Below are positions 30,398-50,776 of a stretch of DNA of 64,000 nucleotides, one piece after another; the stretch's first letter is position 1, and each line of letters opens with the position of its first letter. The position numbers and the translations under genes are program-made. The stretch is taken from contig CAVNZM010000002.1 of the NCBI GenBank assembly GCA_963693365.1, positions 930,001 through 994,000 on the forward strand, in the 5' to 3' direction. Origin of the DNA: Amoebidium appalachense (taxonomy: Eukaryota > Protista > Ichthyosporea). Under the pieces are notes generated by a model. The model was not told the DNA's origin, made no database searches, and worked only from the letters and a program-made list of their open reading frames with translations.

Positions 30398-31502
30398 TTA
30401 CATGTCCGGCTTGTCCCCGTCCTTCACCACCAGGCAGCAGGCGCCCATATTTGGGCATGCAGTCTCATCCGTCACACATGCCAAGCCCTGACCGCATGCA
30501 TTCCCCCCTGCACATTCACCAACACATCCTTGTTCTTGCGCTTGCATTCCTCCTTCTCCTTCAGTTTCTTAACACACCCGAGAGGTGCAGGTGCCGCCTG
30601 GACAGACCAAAACCCAATAAACTCATCCGGCTTGCACGTGGGAAGGTAGAGGTCCGGGAGGTACGTTGCAGATCCGGCATCGACAATGAATTTTTCCGTG
30701 TCATCGAATTCATCGAAAAACACGCACGTGCCCATGTTCCAACCCAGTTGGAACCCTTCGCAGTCTGGATCATCATCACACAGAGCACCGCAGTGGGCCG
30801 CCACTCTTTCGGCCGACATATCTCCAAGGGTGCAATTTTCCATCACGTTGACCTTGGACATGGGGGTTCCAACGGGAAAAACCCCCCCGAGCTGCACATA
30901 GTCGGTGGCGGGCTCGGCTGTGGCATTGTGTATGAGATCGTAAAAGTCGAGTTTGGAAACGAAAACGGCAGTGCGGGCCTGCATTTTCATGTTGGTAGCG
31001 CACCTGGGGTTGAAGATTCGGTGAGAACATGCACGGATTTTTGCCTCCTTCTAGGATGATTCACACAGAAACTCTTTATGCACAGGTCAGAGATGAGAGC
31101 CTCAGATACATGGTGTGTGTGAGTGTGTGTTCAAGGGGAGAGGGGGGAGGGGGTGGGGGGGGGGGGGAGGGGTGGTTGCGTGTGTGTGTATACGTGTTTG
31201 TGTGTCTTTTTTTGAGGGGGGGGGGGGGGGGGGGGGGGGGGGTGGGGAGAGAGAGAGAGAGAGAGTAGAGAGAGAAGAGGGAGGGGAACAGAGACTAGAG
31301 GAAGACCTTTTGATTTCTCATGCTTGAATCCCTCCCTGCCCTTCCCCCCCCCCCCCCTCCCCCCCTCCCCCCCCCGCCCGGAAAGGTGGGGTAGGGGGTG
31401 GCAGTGATGGGTATAAAAGGCCGTAATTCTCTTTTTGTCTCGCCGAATGCCCTCCTATCTCAACTTTCTCACTCTCTCTCAGGCTCTCTCTCTCTCTCTC
31501 TC

Positions 31503-31551
<49 letters not shown>

Positions 31552-31697
31552 ATCCCCCGACCTCCCCCATCATTTTCGCCCTTTCTTCTAGGTACAGGTA
31601 ATATGTTAGTAAACTGGGCAAGTGCTTTTTAAGGACTCTTGAGCCTCCCCCTCCCCCCTCCCTCTCCCCCCCCCCCCCCCCCCCTCCCCCTCTTCGC

Positions 31698-31728
<31 letters not shown>

Positions 31729-32038
31729 CCAGGGACTCCCTCCCAAACCTCCAGTCAAGGATAGCAAGCAAAAAGAGAAACATGGTATTAAGAGGCTTCC
31801 TCCCAGTAGATATTAGCTATATGTGCGTCGGGCCCATGACTTTGTCCACCTCCCCCCTCCCCCCCCCCCCCCCCCCCCCCCATCATGCTCCCAGTTCCTC
31901 CCCATTATCCCATTGCCTCGCGTTTCGGGAGTGATTTTGCTCCACCTGTTCACACAATACACATATACCCTTTCACAAAGCCTGAGAAGTTCTGTTCGGT
32001 CACTTCACAGCAATCGAATTCCAACTCCCCCCCCCCCC

Positions 32039-32088
<50 letters not shown>

Positions 32089-33212
32089 CCCTCCCCCCCC
32101 CCCCGCCGGGACCCCACCAAAGAGACTTTAATAATAAAGAAAATTCTGCACTCAACCATGGCACGGTTCAATTCCTTGTCCTTCCACCCTTCCATCCCCC
32201 AGCACCGCACCCCCAACCATCTCCACCCATATCTGCCCATCACACAACCCACTTCCCACAGTGTCCATAGGCCTTCCATATGTCAACAAATACCGTAGGC
32301 TCCACGGAGTCTACCCCCCCCTCCTCCCCCCTTCCCCTCCTCCCCCCCACCCCACCACAATTCATCCATCATTCTTCCCGAGCAACCCCACGCACCTTGA
32401 CGTCGACATACGGCACGTATTCTTCTCCAAATTGACCTCAAAGGCCTTGCAGTCGTCCTCTGTGGCACACTCCCCGGCACAGAACTGCACCATCTCCTGC
32501 AGGGTCATGGCTTTGACGGTCTGGGGCAGGGGCACACTCATAACGGCATCGGGGTCCTTGGGGTTAAAGGCCTGTGTGTGCAACCCGCAACAAGGAACGA
32601 GGTTAATAGAATGTGCATGATGCGTGTAAAATGGGTAGGCTATTGTGGAGTGTTGTGTGGCAGCAGTAACGAGGCGTAAGGGGAACCCCCAACCATTCCA
32701 AAACCGGGATTTCCTCTTAATGAGAAATGCACATCGCTGAGTGCAAGAACATGGGGATGGAAGCAGAACGCAGTGCAGCATCGCTGGGTTTACGAGAAAA
32801 GTGTTCCGAGATTTGAATAAGGATTGTATCATCTGTGTTTTCTTCGCAAGTCAGCTATGTGCGAAACTCAAACTCCAAGAACCAGCGGAGTCATGGAAAC
32901 GTTTCAACAAACCTACAGATTTCCCATCACGTCACAGAACGTAACATTCATCCAACAGCCTACCGTGTCAGGGTAGACACTCCACTGTTCCAGAACCTCC
33001 GGGAACTGCTTAAGCAGGCCATTGAGCTCCTTAGCGAGGGCAGACGCAATAGAGGGTGCTTCCAGAATGGGTGTGGGCATGGGTGCGAGTTCTGCACCAA
33101 GAATATCGAACAACTCAAAATCGAGGTCATCTGTGGTGAGTGAGGGACGGGCCTGGGCTACACCGGCCAGACCGACGGCCGAAATGGCGAGAGTAAAGGC
33201 GCGAGTACGCAT
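30398..33212 (-). CDS. Secreted cysteine-rich protein with two PAN/apple-like modules; 1-bp frameshift near the C-terminus
   Basis: Signal peptide MRTRAFTLAISAVGLAGVAQA; exons ~33212-32946 (donor uncertain), 32571-32396 and 31003 onward. Modules CAGECATEDDCKAFEVNLEKNTCRM and CGALCDDDPDCEGFQLGWNMGTCVFF. Stop at 30472 as read, or at 30398 after a frameshift at ~30520. Confidence 0.75.
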
Positions 33213-33380
33213 GGTGGGTCAAAATGGCTATTGTGTGGGTTTTTGTTTGTCTTGCTCTTTCCAACACACTGCAACAACTACGCAGCTTGTGCAGGGTGAT
33301 TGAAAAAGTTGTACGTGTGCCAGTTTTATGTTGCGGGATGGATGATCTAGATGACGGACACAGATTTATGGTGCAATGAA

Positions 33381-33390
33381 CCTTATATGG
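33381..33390. promoter_or_regulatory. CArG box (SRF/MADS-type) upstream of the PAN-like gene
   Basis: CCTTATATGG = CC(A/T)6GG, ~170 bp 5' of the ATG. Confidence 0.35.
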
Positions 33391-34327
33391 TTAAAAAGAT
33401 AAAATGCAGCCTGCTGATTGGAATACCGCACATTCTAACTGCCTCGCGGTCGCGCCGACCGCAACCTTGGTGATCGAGCCTGGTACGAAGCAACCGGTCC
33501 GTGAAGTGACCATACTAATATTCAGTTACTGTTCTGAATTGTATTTCTGTAGCGAAGAAATATTTTCGAAATATATTCAAAACTTTAACCATATATCCGT
33601 GGTAAAATTTGGACAGAAACCAAGCATATACTGATGAATTTTTCGATGATTAGCGACTGCCCCGGTCACGGTGGAATTCCAATTTATTCAGTTGAATCTG
33701 TTCGAGCTGGTGATTGGTGGCCTGCCGAATTCTTTCGCAGACTCTCAGTCTCAGTGACCGTGTACACGGCCGCGGTGCACATGTATACGTACACGATCCG
33801 TCAGCGTCGACTCAGGGAGTGTGGTGTGGCACGTGTTTCCGGGCCCCATGGGAAGCAGTGTTATGTGGAAGCTTCGGGACTTCATATCATTTCTTTCGCC
33901 AAATCAACCAAATTCGGGGCGTCAGCCGTCCTGCAGGGTCTTCTCTCATGAATGACGTGTTTCCTCGTACCCCCACTGAACTCCCCCCTACAATAGGCTT
34001 TGTTGTGTGACTGCAGGCAGACTGGGGCCTGTTGCAGATATGTCGTGCCGACTTTCTCTCTGCTTGCAAGCTTGGTATCACAGCACCGGTGGTGGTGGTG
34101 ATGTGCGTGCGTGCGTGCGTGTGTGCGCACGCGCATGTCATCGTGTGTTTGAGCGTATCTTTTGTATGCGTGCAATTATGTATGTGCGTGGATAATACGT
34201 GTACACGGGTGGGTGATCAACGCACAGCTAACCTGCAGGCCGTGGTGTCACGGTCCATGGGGAGGGAGGAATTTGTGTGTGTGTGTATGTGTGCGTATGT
34301 GGGTGGGTGGGTGGGTGGGTGGGTGGG

Positions 34328-34366
<39 letters not shown>

Positions 34367-34536
34367 TGCGCATGCGCACAACGGTTAAGTTGCACGAGTT
34401 GGAAAACTTTAAGCACAACGAGCGCCCTTCACACAGCCTCTTTATTGGCCTCCAAATCACTACACAAAAACACTTCAACCCACCACTATTTACCTCTGTA
34501 TACATACACAATGCCACCCATATTAATCACATCCAC

Positions 34537-41514
<6,978 letters not shown>

Positions 41515-41559
41515 GGCTGTATCTGTGTGTGTATGTGTGTGTGTGTGTGTGTGAGTGTG

Positions 41560-41631
<72 letters not shown>

Positions 41632-42497
41632 GTGTGGCAGGTGCGCGTGTGTGTGCGTGTGCGCGAGGGGGGGGGGAGGAGGGAGGGGGGGCTGCAAAAG
41701 GGCTTGTGTGTGTGTGCTGGGCGGCCTAACACTGTACGTGCATGTATGCGAGAATGAAACCGGGAAAGAAAATGTGATCATCATATCCCTGATTAAAAAG
41801 ATGGGCGAGAAACCTTGATGTACAAGTGTGTGCTAGAGCAGTAATTTCTCCAAACATACTGGTATAAGTGGTTGTTCCTAAGCTTTTGCTAGGCCAGTGG
41901 AATGTCTTCTCTCCAAATCCATCTGTTAGTGGATAACTGCTGCACAAAATACAGGTTCTCTGCATGGGCATGTAGCGCGTGCATGAGTGAGGATTCCATT
42001 CCACAAAAGGCAAAATCCGGTGATATTACCTATATATTAAGGAGTAAAAGGCGGTTGCTAGCCCCGAAAAACGAAAAACGGAGTCAGATGTTAACCTAAA
42101 AAAATCTTGAGCGTGGGGAAGGGAGCTTCGCCACCGTTACCGTGAGTTGGAAAAACTAAGGCACAGGAATTTCAACAAGGAATTCGGTCACTAAGGGGTA
42201 CGGTACGACTTACACAGAGGTGGTAATACTTTGCCCGCTCAATACCAAGGACGTTTAAAAATCAAAAACACGGTTTGGATTGAATCAAAGGTGTATAAAA
42301 ATGGCCGATAAAACTTTGTAAAAAGTTTAAGTGATTGTTATATTTAATGTCAGGAAACTGTGTTAACAGAGCCACACAAAGATGATTGGTAACCAAGCGG
42401 CAGATAAAGAGTGTCTGCACTGTGGGGGGGTGCGGCATGCCAGGAGCTACTACTAGAGAGAAGGGGGGGTATGATTGGAGGGGGGGTGTTCAGCTAA

Positions 42498-42507
42498 CCT
42501 TATATGG
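42498..42507. promoter_or_regulatory. CArG box in the divergent OST3/transposase intergenic region
   Basis: CCTTATATGG; the same 12-mer AACCTTATATGG as at 33379-33390. Confidence 0.35.
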
Positions 42508-42742
42508 ATAAAGCAAAGTTACAAGGATTCAAGCCATTGGTTGGGCAAGACCCCTTTTGCCGAATATGGATAACAGATCATACACTGCTGTAGGCGGCGG
42601 TCAGGAATTGGCGCGCTCTTTACTGGTCACAACCAGTCCGGGAAGGCCATGAGCAGCATTGCCGAGCACACTGGAATACGGGAATGTTTGCGGTAACGTA
42701 GTCGCACTAGGGGGGCAGGGGGCCAGGCCCCAAGTGTTTAAA

Positions 42743-44134
42743 ATGAAGCCAGGCTGCCCTAAGGGCACAACACAGCGCCCTGGGCATAAAACAGGCGGAG
42801 CTAGGGAGGGAGCTGGGCGCAAAAAAAAGATGCTGCATTTGTTCAGCCTTTAGCGAACTTTGCAGGTTTTGGGACGGCAAACAAAGCTGTTTTGCAGGAA
42901 CTAAACGTAAACGTACAACCCGAACAGCCCCCTCTATCTAAGGCCGCCGACATAAGGGCCCGTGTAGTTGAGGCAGGTAGCGTCCATTCGTTACCAAGAG
43001 AAATGGATCGGGCCCCTGCTCCACACCCACCAGACATACAGGTGCAACCCGACGAGGAACCTTTGCTAAATGCAGCAGCAGATGCGTACCGGGTAGACGA
43101 GGATGAAGGGGAGGAAGAGGGAGAAGATAATACGGACGGGGATGACGGTGGAGAGGAGTTTTCTGACGCGGCGGGCGAAACAATCAAGTCGCACCTGCAC
43201 ACAGTGAAAGAGAGTCTCAAAGATGAGAAGACGCCTGTGGGGTGGCATCTTCCACCTCCCATTATAGGCTTTAAATTTGGGGGCGATCCAGCGCCTTTCT
43301 ACAAACCCAGATGTTTTGCCTGGCTTCCGGAAAGGTTGTCTCCCGGTTTCATGGTGCCGTGCCCCTTCGATGATCACTACGTGGACCCCCACAACCACCC
43401 CAACCCACACCGTACTTCTCGCAATGGGTTCATGAGCAACCCCGTAGGACGGCGTGTTATCGACTTTGACAGCTGCTACTACATTATCACGGCCCGGTAC
43501 TTTTGTGACACATGCAAAAAAAACTTTGCCGGCACAAACCCCCAGACAATTAAACGCCTTCCACTCTTCATGCGTGATCAGTTTCCGGCCTACCTTAGCC
43601 ACCGCAGTGGGCTCGACCTAAAGGTGGTAACATTGTTGCGTGCACTGGCAGACAAAGGTGTGGGCCCAAACGCCTTTGCCACCCTCCTCTCGGAGCTCCA
43701 CAAGCAGCGATACGACGAGCAGCGGCTCCTGTATTACTCGAGGGCGCTGCATTGGACCAAGTATGAACTCAAAAAGCGTAACGATTTCCGCCCCCACGAC
43801 CAGCGCCTGACAGAACTTCCCCCAGAGGAGCAGGCGGCTAAGTTCTCGGCGTTTGGTGACAAAAATGGTTACGCTGGACATGTGCCTTCAGGCAAGTGTG
43901 CACTGCATTTTGGGTGTGTAAATGGTCCCCATTGTTTTGTATGCACGTGCTTGGGCATTTTTTGGGTTGGCTTGGTAGGGTTTTGTTTTATTATTTTTTA
44001 TTTTTTTTTTAGGGGGGGGGGGGGGGACTTGGAAATGGGTTTTGGAAGTGTGGTCAATAAGTTTCTATTATGGTGGTGGTGGATGTGTGGTGGTGGATGT
44101 GCGCCTGTGAGTGTGCGTGTACTTGTGGGTCCGT

Positions 44135-44165
<31 letters not shown>

Positions 44166-44438
44166 GGGGGGAGGGGGGAGGGGGGACATGGTGATGGATT
44201 AGGTGGTGGTGGTGGCAATCAGTCATGGTGGTGGTGGTGGTGGTGGTGGTGGGGGGGGGGGGGGGGGGGGGGGGGGGAGGGGGGGGGGGGGGCAGAGGGA
44301 TCATCAGAGGGGTGAAAGCATAACGGTCCATGTACCAGTGAGTGTGCTTGGGAAATCGTGGAGAACTGTTATGCCTGAAATTAGATGGTGGGTGTGCGCA
44401 TGTGTGTCTGTGTGTGTTGGGGGAAAGGAGGTGGAGAG

Positions 44439-44478
<40 letters not shown>

Positions 44479-45417
44479 GGGGGGGGGGGGGGGGGGGGGG
44501 GCACATGGTGGTAGACTGGATCTTGGTGGCGGTACTTAATGGTTATTATAGTAGTGGCAGGAGGGTGTGGGGGGAAGGGCAAACGGACGTGCAGGGGACA
44601 AACTGCAGATGGGGCACAAAGGGGAAAGAAGGTGAAAGTTGGTGCAATGACTTGGAGGGTTTGCGCGCGCCGGGAGGCGGGGGGGGGGGGGGGGGGGGGG
44701 GAGGGGGGGGGGGGGGCAAACGGCCGGAGATGGGTGTGTAGCGTTTTTGAGATGGGAAAAGCCATACAGACTTACGAAAATACAGAGAGGTGAGATGAAC
44801 ACGAGGGACTAGAGGGAATGGGGGGGATGGTCCTGATGGGAGGGTGGTGGAGTTCTAACAGTACTTGGGGTTCAGGCAAATACCTGAGTGCCGTGTATAC
44901 TGAGTTCAGCGACCGCACGGCAAAGTACCAGAGCCTGGACACGCAGCTCAAGCCCGTAAACAACGTGCTCAAGGCCGACCACACCTTCCAAATTGGGAAG
45001 CTCACCGGCATCAATGGGGAGCCTCTGTACCGAGGCCTATGGACTTGTGTAAACGAGCTTGGCGGTGTGTGGTCCCTCCTCTTCTCCCCCCTCCCCCCAC
45101 TCTCCCCCAGGCCCCCTTCCCCCCTCCCCCCCCCCCCCACACACGCCCACCCCCCCCCCCCCCACACACACACACACACACACGCCCCCCTCCCCCCCTC
45201 CCCCCCCCCCCCCCTCCCCCCTCTAGGGCCTTTAAATCTCTTAGGCTCCACATTTAATGAGGTGGCACACTGTGAGTAGAGGTTTGTAGTATGTGGGTTT
45301 TGGGGACAATTCTTGCCCTGTCGAGCAAAAACTAGGAAGCTCCAGATATGTGTGTATGTGTTTTTGCTGGGTAGAGATTGGGGTGGGCTGGGGTGGAGCT
45401 TTCTTTTGGCGGGGAAT

Positions 45418-45491
<74 letters not shown>

Positions 45492-48182
45492 AGCTTCTGC
45501 CAAGCAGAATGGGAGTAGGGGCCAGTGATTGCAAGGGATGCAGGGGGGGGGGGGGGGGGGGGGAGAGACACCACCGTCGGGGTTGAAGGTAGAGAGGGCA
45601 AGAGGCCCGGGGTGGGGTGGGGGGGGGGGGGGGGGACAGTAGGTGCCATATGGAGGGCTGTCCCATGGTTTGGGGGGAGGGGGAGTGGGGAAGGATCGTG
45701 GGCACATGGGTTTGGGGGGAAGGCAGAGAGGGGGAAAGGATTGTGATCACAAGGGTTTAGGGGGAGGAAGGGGGAAGGATTGTAGGTACATGGGTTTAGG
45801 GGGAGGGGGGGGGGGGAAGATTTTGGGGGAAAGGGAGGCCTGGGGAAAGTATGTGGGCACATGGGTTTGGGGGGAAGGCGGGGGAAGGGTTTTGGGGGAG
45901 AGGGAGGGGAAAGTATGTGGGCACATGGGTTTGGGGGGAGGGAGGGGGAAAGGATTGTGTGGGCACTGAAGTCTCGTGAAGGGCCATGTGGTAAGGGAAG
46001 CTAGAACATGCATGGCTGCTCGGAGATGCCCTCTCACACAGTGCGGCACCCCAGAGATCCGGGCGCAGGTATTTACACGGGACTGCAGCCACCAGGAGAT
46101 TGAGCCCGTGATCCAGCGCATCTCTGCCACCACGGCGGCGCTCAACAGCAAGGGCCCGGCCTTCTTCTACACAGATCGGTGCTGCCAAGACCGGGCGTTT
46201 GTTGAGCGCATGTTTCCAACCCTAGCCCGGCCAAAATGCCCCGTCCGTCTGAACGAGGCTGCGCTGGTAAGCGTGACGGACGGTCTGCCTGGGCTGGAGC
46301 TGCCGGCCAACTACCCTAAGCCGGTGTACACCGACTGCCAGGGGGCGGTGGTGGCTACAGCGGCCATTCGTGCCGACCTGGAGGGGCAGCAGCACCGCGT
46401 GGTGGGGCTGGACTGCGAGTGGGTCTATCGGGTGGGCCAGGCGCGGTCCAAGGTTTGCACGCTGCAGATTGCCACCGCACGGGCCGTGTACATCTTCCAC
46501 TTGGCACGCATGGGCCCCAACCACAGCCCGCCCGCGCGGCTGGTGGACGAGCTGATTGCGCTGCTTAGGGACCCCAGCATCATCAAGGTGGGCAAGCAGA
46601 TCGGCACGGACTCGGCCCACCTCAACAAGGACTACGGCACCCCTGTGGCCAGCTATCTGGAGCTGGGCCGGTTCTGCTATGCCCGTGCAGCTATCACCTC
46701 TGCGGCCCGGGGCTTGGCCGACATCACTGCCCAGGTCATAGGCAAGAAGCTGCCCAAGCCGGCACTTGTTCGATGCTCCAACTGGCACGAGCCGCTATCA
46801 GAGGTGCAGGCCACCTACGCTGCCCTTGATGCATATGCGTCCCTGCAGGTCTACTCGGCCGTGGTCGATAGGCCAAACCTGTCAGGTGTGTATCCCACCT
46901 GCTTTTTGCCCCAGTGCTTATGTGCTTATGCCAGATATAGAAAGATTGTGGGCCCCCCAGAGGAGAGGGGAGGGGGAGGAGGGGGGGGGGGGGGGGGGGG
47001 GGGGGGGTGGCTGACCACATGGGCCAGTGTTCCAGTTGTGTTATGCTGGGTGTCGGGTGGCTATCAAAGGAGGGGGTGATTGGTGGTGGTGGTGGTGGTG
47101 GTGGGGGGGGGGGGGGGGGGGGGGGGGGGGGGCTATAGCACTGTTAACACGTGCAAGTGCCACACAAGCTGGGCACTGGGAGAGGGGGGGGGGGGGAGGG
47201 AGAAGGGGGGGGGGGGGGGGGGGGGGGGGGGAAGGGGGTTGCTAAGGAATATGCATTTGATTTTTGTGGAGCGAAGAGAAAAACGTTGGTGCTGTGGCTT
47301 TTTGGCTGAGTTTTTTGCTTCCCTCTATGACATGCAGCGCGGCTTCATGCAAAGGCACTCGGTGAAGGGGTTGAGATTGTGCCCCGGCGGGGCCCACATG
47401 CTGCAGCAGCCACCGGGGTGGTGCTGGCTGTGCAGCCGGAGCGCTGGGGGGGCATGAAGGTGGGCAAGAAGCATGCAGTGGTGCGGGTGGATCAGGTGCT
47501 GTCGCCGGCCATGCAGGTGCCCTTTGGCCCCGACAAGGGCAAGACCCTGGGAGAGCTGGGCCCGCCGCCCTTTGAGCTGATGGTGCACCTGCAGTGGCTA
47601 CGGCCCATTCAGCCCCCACCGGACCCAGGTGCCGAGGTGCCGGTGGTCCCTGACCCAGCCCCTCCCCCTGCCAGTCCTCCCCCTGCCGAGCAGCAGCAAC
47701 CCCTTGCCGGCCCACAGGCACCCCCCCAGGACCCCCAGGCAGCCCCGGGGGGCCTTGAGGCAGCCCCAGGGGGACCCGAGGCAGCTCCCAGAGAGGGCAT
47801 GTTGGGCCAGGCACCGCCTGGGGAGGTGGTGTGGCAGACTGTGCTGAATGACGCCTTCCACTCCATTGCAAACACGGCGGACGGCACGTACAAGTCACAC
47901 CCCCGCAGGGCTGAGTACGCACGCGCACTCAGCGAGGCAATATTTGTGTGGAATGAAGAGGATTACGGACATGTGAAGGTGCCCCCCCCCCCTCCCCCCC
48001 CCCCCAAAATAAAAAATAAAAAATAAAAATAAAAAAAACGGCAACAACAACATGCGTGACTGACGCGCACACACACATACACTCGTTAGCACACACTCAC
48101 CATTCCACCCACAACCATGCACACCTTCGACAAAACTTCTGAGGGAAGAGAGAGAGCCTGAGCCTCAGAGAGAGGGGGGGAA

Positions 48183-48228
<46 letters not shown>

Positions 48229-48766
48229 GGGGGGGGAGGAGAGTGGGGGTTATTCATATGCCTAGAGAGAAATAATGTAGGGTTGTGGGGGGAAATAGCC
48301 ACATGCATTTTTTACTTGTGTTGGGGGAGAAGATGGGGGGGGTGGAGGGGAGGGGTCCTACAATAACGGCAGGTATCAAAGTCTACCAAACCCAAATTGC
48401 AGTGTGCGTAGTAAATTAATATTGGCATCCTGCCTCACAGGGGGTGCTGGAGCAGAAGGGCATCGACATTGAAACCGAGCTCAAGGGCGGCGACCTGAGC
48501 TACTTCATGGAGCGCATCCGGCGGGTTATTCCCGACCCATACACGCTGGTCTCGCGGCTGGTGGAGTTCAAAAACACCTACAAGGATGTGCCGCCCGGAC
48601 CGGATGGCAAGCCTCTGTTCAAGAAGGATGGCTTTGAAAGACTCGAGGCAACATCCCCCCCCCCCCCCCCCCCCCTGCAGGCGCCCAACAACTCCACCAC
48701 CACAGAAAAGATTCTTCGCTTATTTGTCATCCTTGGTTCATCTGCACACACACGCACACCCTAGCC

Positions 48767-48802
<36 letters not shown>

Positions 48803-48806
48803 ACAT

Positions 48807-48872
<66 letters not shown>

Positions 48873-48953
48873 CCCGCACGGCCCTTGCTGCCTAGCCAGT
48901 TGTTTTTTGCCTTTCCCTGCTCGTTTTTTTCCTTAGCAACCCCATCCCCCCCC

Positions 48954-48984
<31 letters not shown>

Positions 48985-50655
48985 ACACACACATACACAC
49001 ACACTACCACCACCACCACCCACCCATCTCTCTGATGTTTGCTTGTGCCCCCACAGTCGCTGCTCGAACACGCCCAAAATGGCTGTCTGTCGGACCCCCC
49101 CGGCCTGCCCCTCTACTACGAGACCACTGCCGACGCAGATGGGCTCATGCGCTACCGCTGCATCCGGGGCACCAACGAGGTGGAGGGGGCAGTGCACAAC
49201 CCCCTGGCCACCCACTTTGGGGCCACACGCATGTCGCTGCGCCTGCTGGACGCCACCATGTCCAATAGGCGCCACCGCCACAACCTGCGTGCACACTACC
49301 GCAACCGCCTGGGCCAGGCATCGGGGCCCCCCCACTACAGCCCCTGGATTGTTGACGACATGGAGGCACTGGCGCTGATGCTGTACGGCCATCACCTCGA
49401 CCCCCAGTGGGTACCCGTAGGCTGCTACAAGCTACCGGAGGAGTACTTCAACTTTGCCCCGCTCTCCTGTGTGGCCAATGCCCCGGCGCAGGAGCCAGTT
49501 GCGGTGCCCGCACCCCCACCTCCGTCTGATAACATCGAGCCTGCAGCCAATGGCGTGATGGGCGGGCCAGAGGACTGTGAGGTCGAGGAGGGTGACGGTG
49601 CTGCCATGGGGGGGGGCAACCAGGTGGCGCGTGGTGCACCACAGCCGGACCCTGCACTGAGGGGCGACTACAAGTTCCTGGCGCAGAAGCAACATGTGGC
49701 CATCCCCTTCCTTCCGGTGCTTACCCCTCAGGAGCGCAAGCTATTCAGCACGCTGCTCCTGGGCACCTACAAGGCACATGCAAAGCCCAACGGCCAGCTG
49801 TTCGAGGCTTTGGCCCAAGACTTCAACAAGGCTGCCTCTGTGGCTGGGGGAATCTACATGAAGGATGCGGCCTACATCAAGAAGCATTTCGACAAGTGGA
49901 AGACCTGGCAGACGGCACATGCACAGCGCTCCACACACGAGGGCCTGGCAGATCACCGCAAGCGTATGCGCGAGGAGAGGGCAGACGCTGTGCCAGCAAC
50001 CATACGGCCTGCCCCCTTGCCACCCCTCCCTGTTCCAGACGGTGTCGATGCAGGGGCGCAGCGTGAGCGGCCCTTGCCCATGCTAGTGGGCAAAAAGCAT
50101 CGCAACATTGGCCCTGAGGGGCCCCTGCAGATGGATTTGCCGGTGCCCCCTCCTATGCAGCCACCCCAGAGAGCCCCCAAGACCTGCAAGACGTGTGGCC
50201 GCCAGGGCAAGGGCTGCCCCGGCTCCAATCGGGCCAAGAGCTGCCCACGTTGGGTTGCAGCCAATCAGGATGCCATGCCACCAGCACCCGCGCTTGACAT
50301 GCAGCAGGGCCATGTGCCGCACATGCCCCCTGCACCCCATCCAGGCCCGCACCACCCACATGGCTGGCCCCCACCGTGGGGCATCATGCCGCCTCAGCCC
50401 GGCCCTGCCTTCCCCATGCCTGGGCTACTGCCGCAGCACGGTCCCCATCCTTACTTGGGCCATGTGGGCCAGCCCTCGGCTGGTGGGCAGTTCCCACCCC
50501 CTTCTCGTGCATCTGCTGTGCTGGGCCTGGCGTTGCCACCTGCTGGAGAGACGCAGCTGCAATGGCACGATCGAAAGCAAAGTAATCGTGGCCGCAAGTC
50601 TGCAGGCAGCCAATCAGGATCTCAGAGTAGTCAGAGTAGCCAAACTAGTGTCTAA
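42743..50655 (+). CDS. Dada-superfamily-like DDE transposase with inserted DEDDy (WRN/DnaQ-like) 3'-5' exonuclease, ~1,538 aa
   Basis: Exons 42743-43891 (needs one extra base at the A8 run 42821-42828), 44876-45064, 46055-46885, 47338-47978, 48441-48647, 49057-50655; phases are consistent. N-terminal zinc-finger-like CP..RRVIDFDSCYYIITARYFCDTC; transposase motifs KADHTF, YTDRCC, DAFH (DxxH), RGTNEVEG; exonuclease motifs GLDCEW, LQIA, GTD, YAALDA; C-terminal CKTC..C..C knuckle. Confidence 0.85.
45660..45970. repeat. G-rich minisatellite in transposase intron 2 (core TGGGCACATGGGTTTGGGGG)
   Basis: About six degenerate copies are visible. Confidence 0.75.
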
Positions 50656-50734
50656 TATTGGAATGTACACCAATGTAACGGATCTCATATGTGTTGTAGT
50701 GCTTCAAGTTATACCTGTTCTTCGTACAGTCATG

Positions 50735-50776
<42 letters not shown>

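Noticed and set aside
30451-31059. 202-aa plus-strand ORF (and the antisense ORFs over 43066-50374)
   Set aside because: Antisense shadows of real coding exons on the opposite strand.
42570-42600. 5S rRNA-like end (TGCTGTAGGC) upstream of the transposase
   Set aside because: Only ~10 nt match, and no internal 5S sequence is present.
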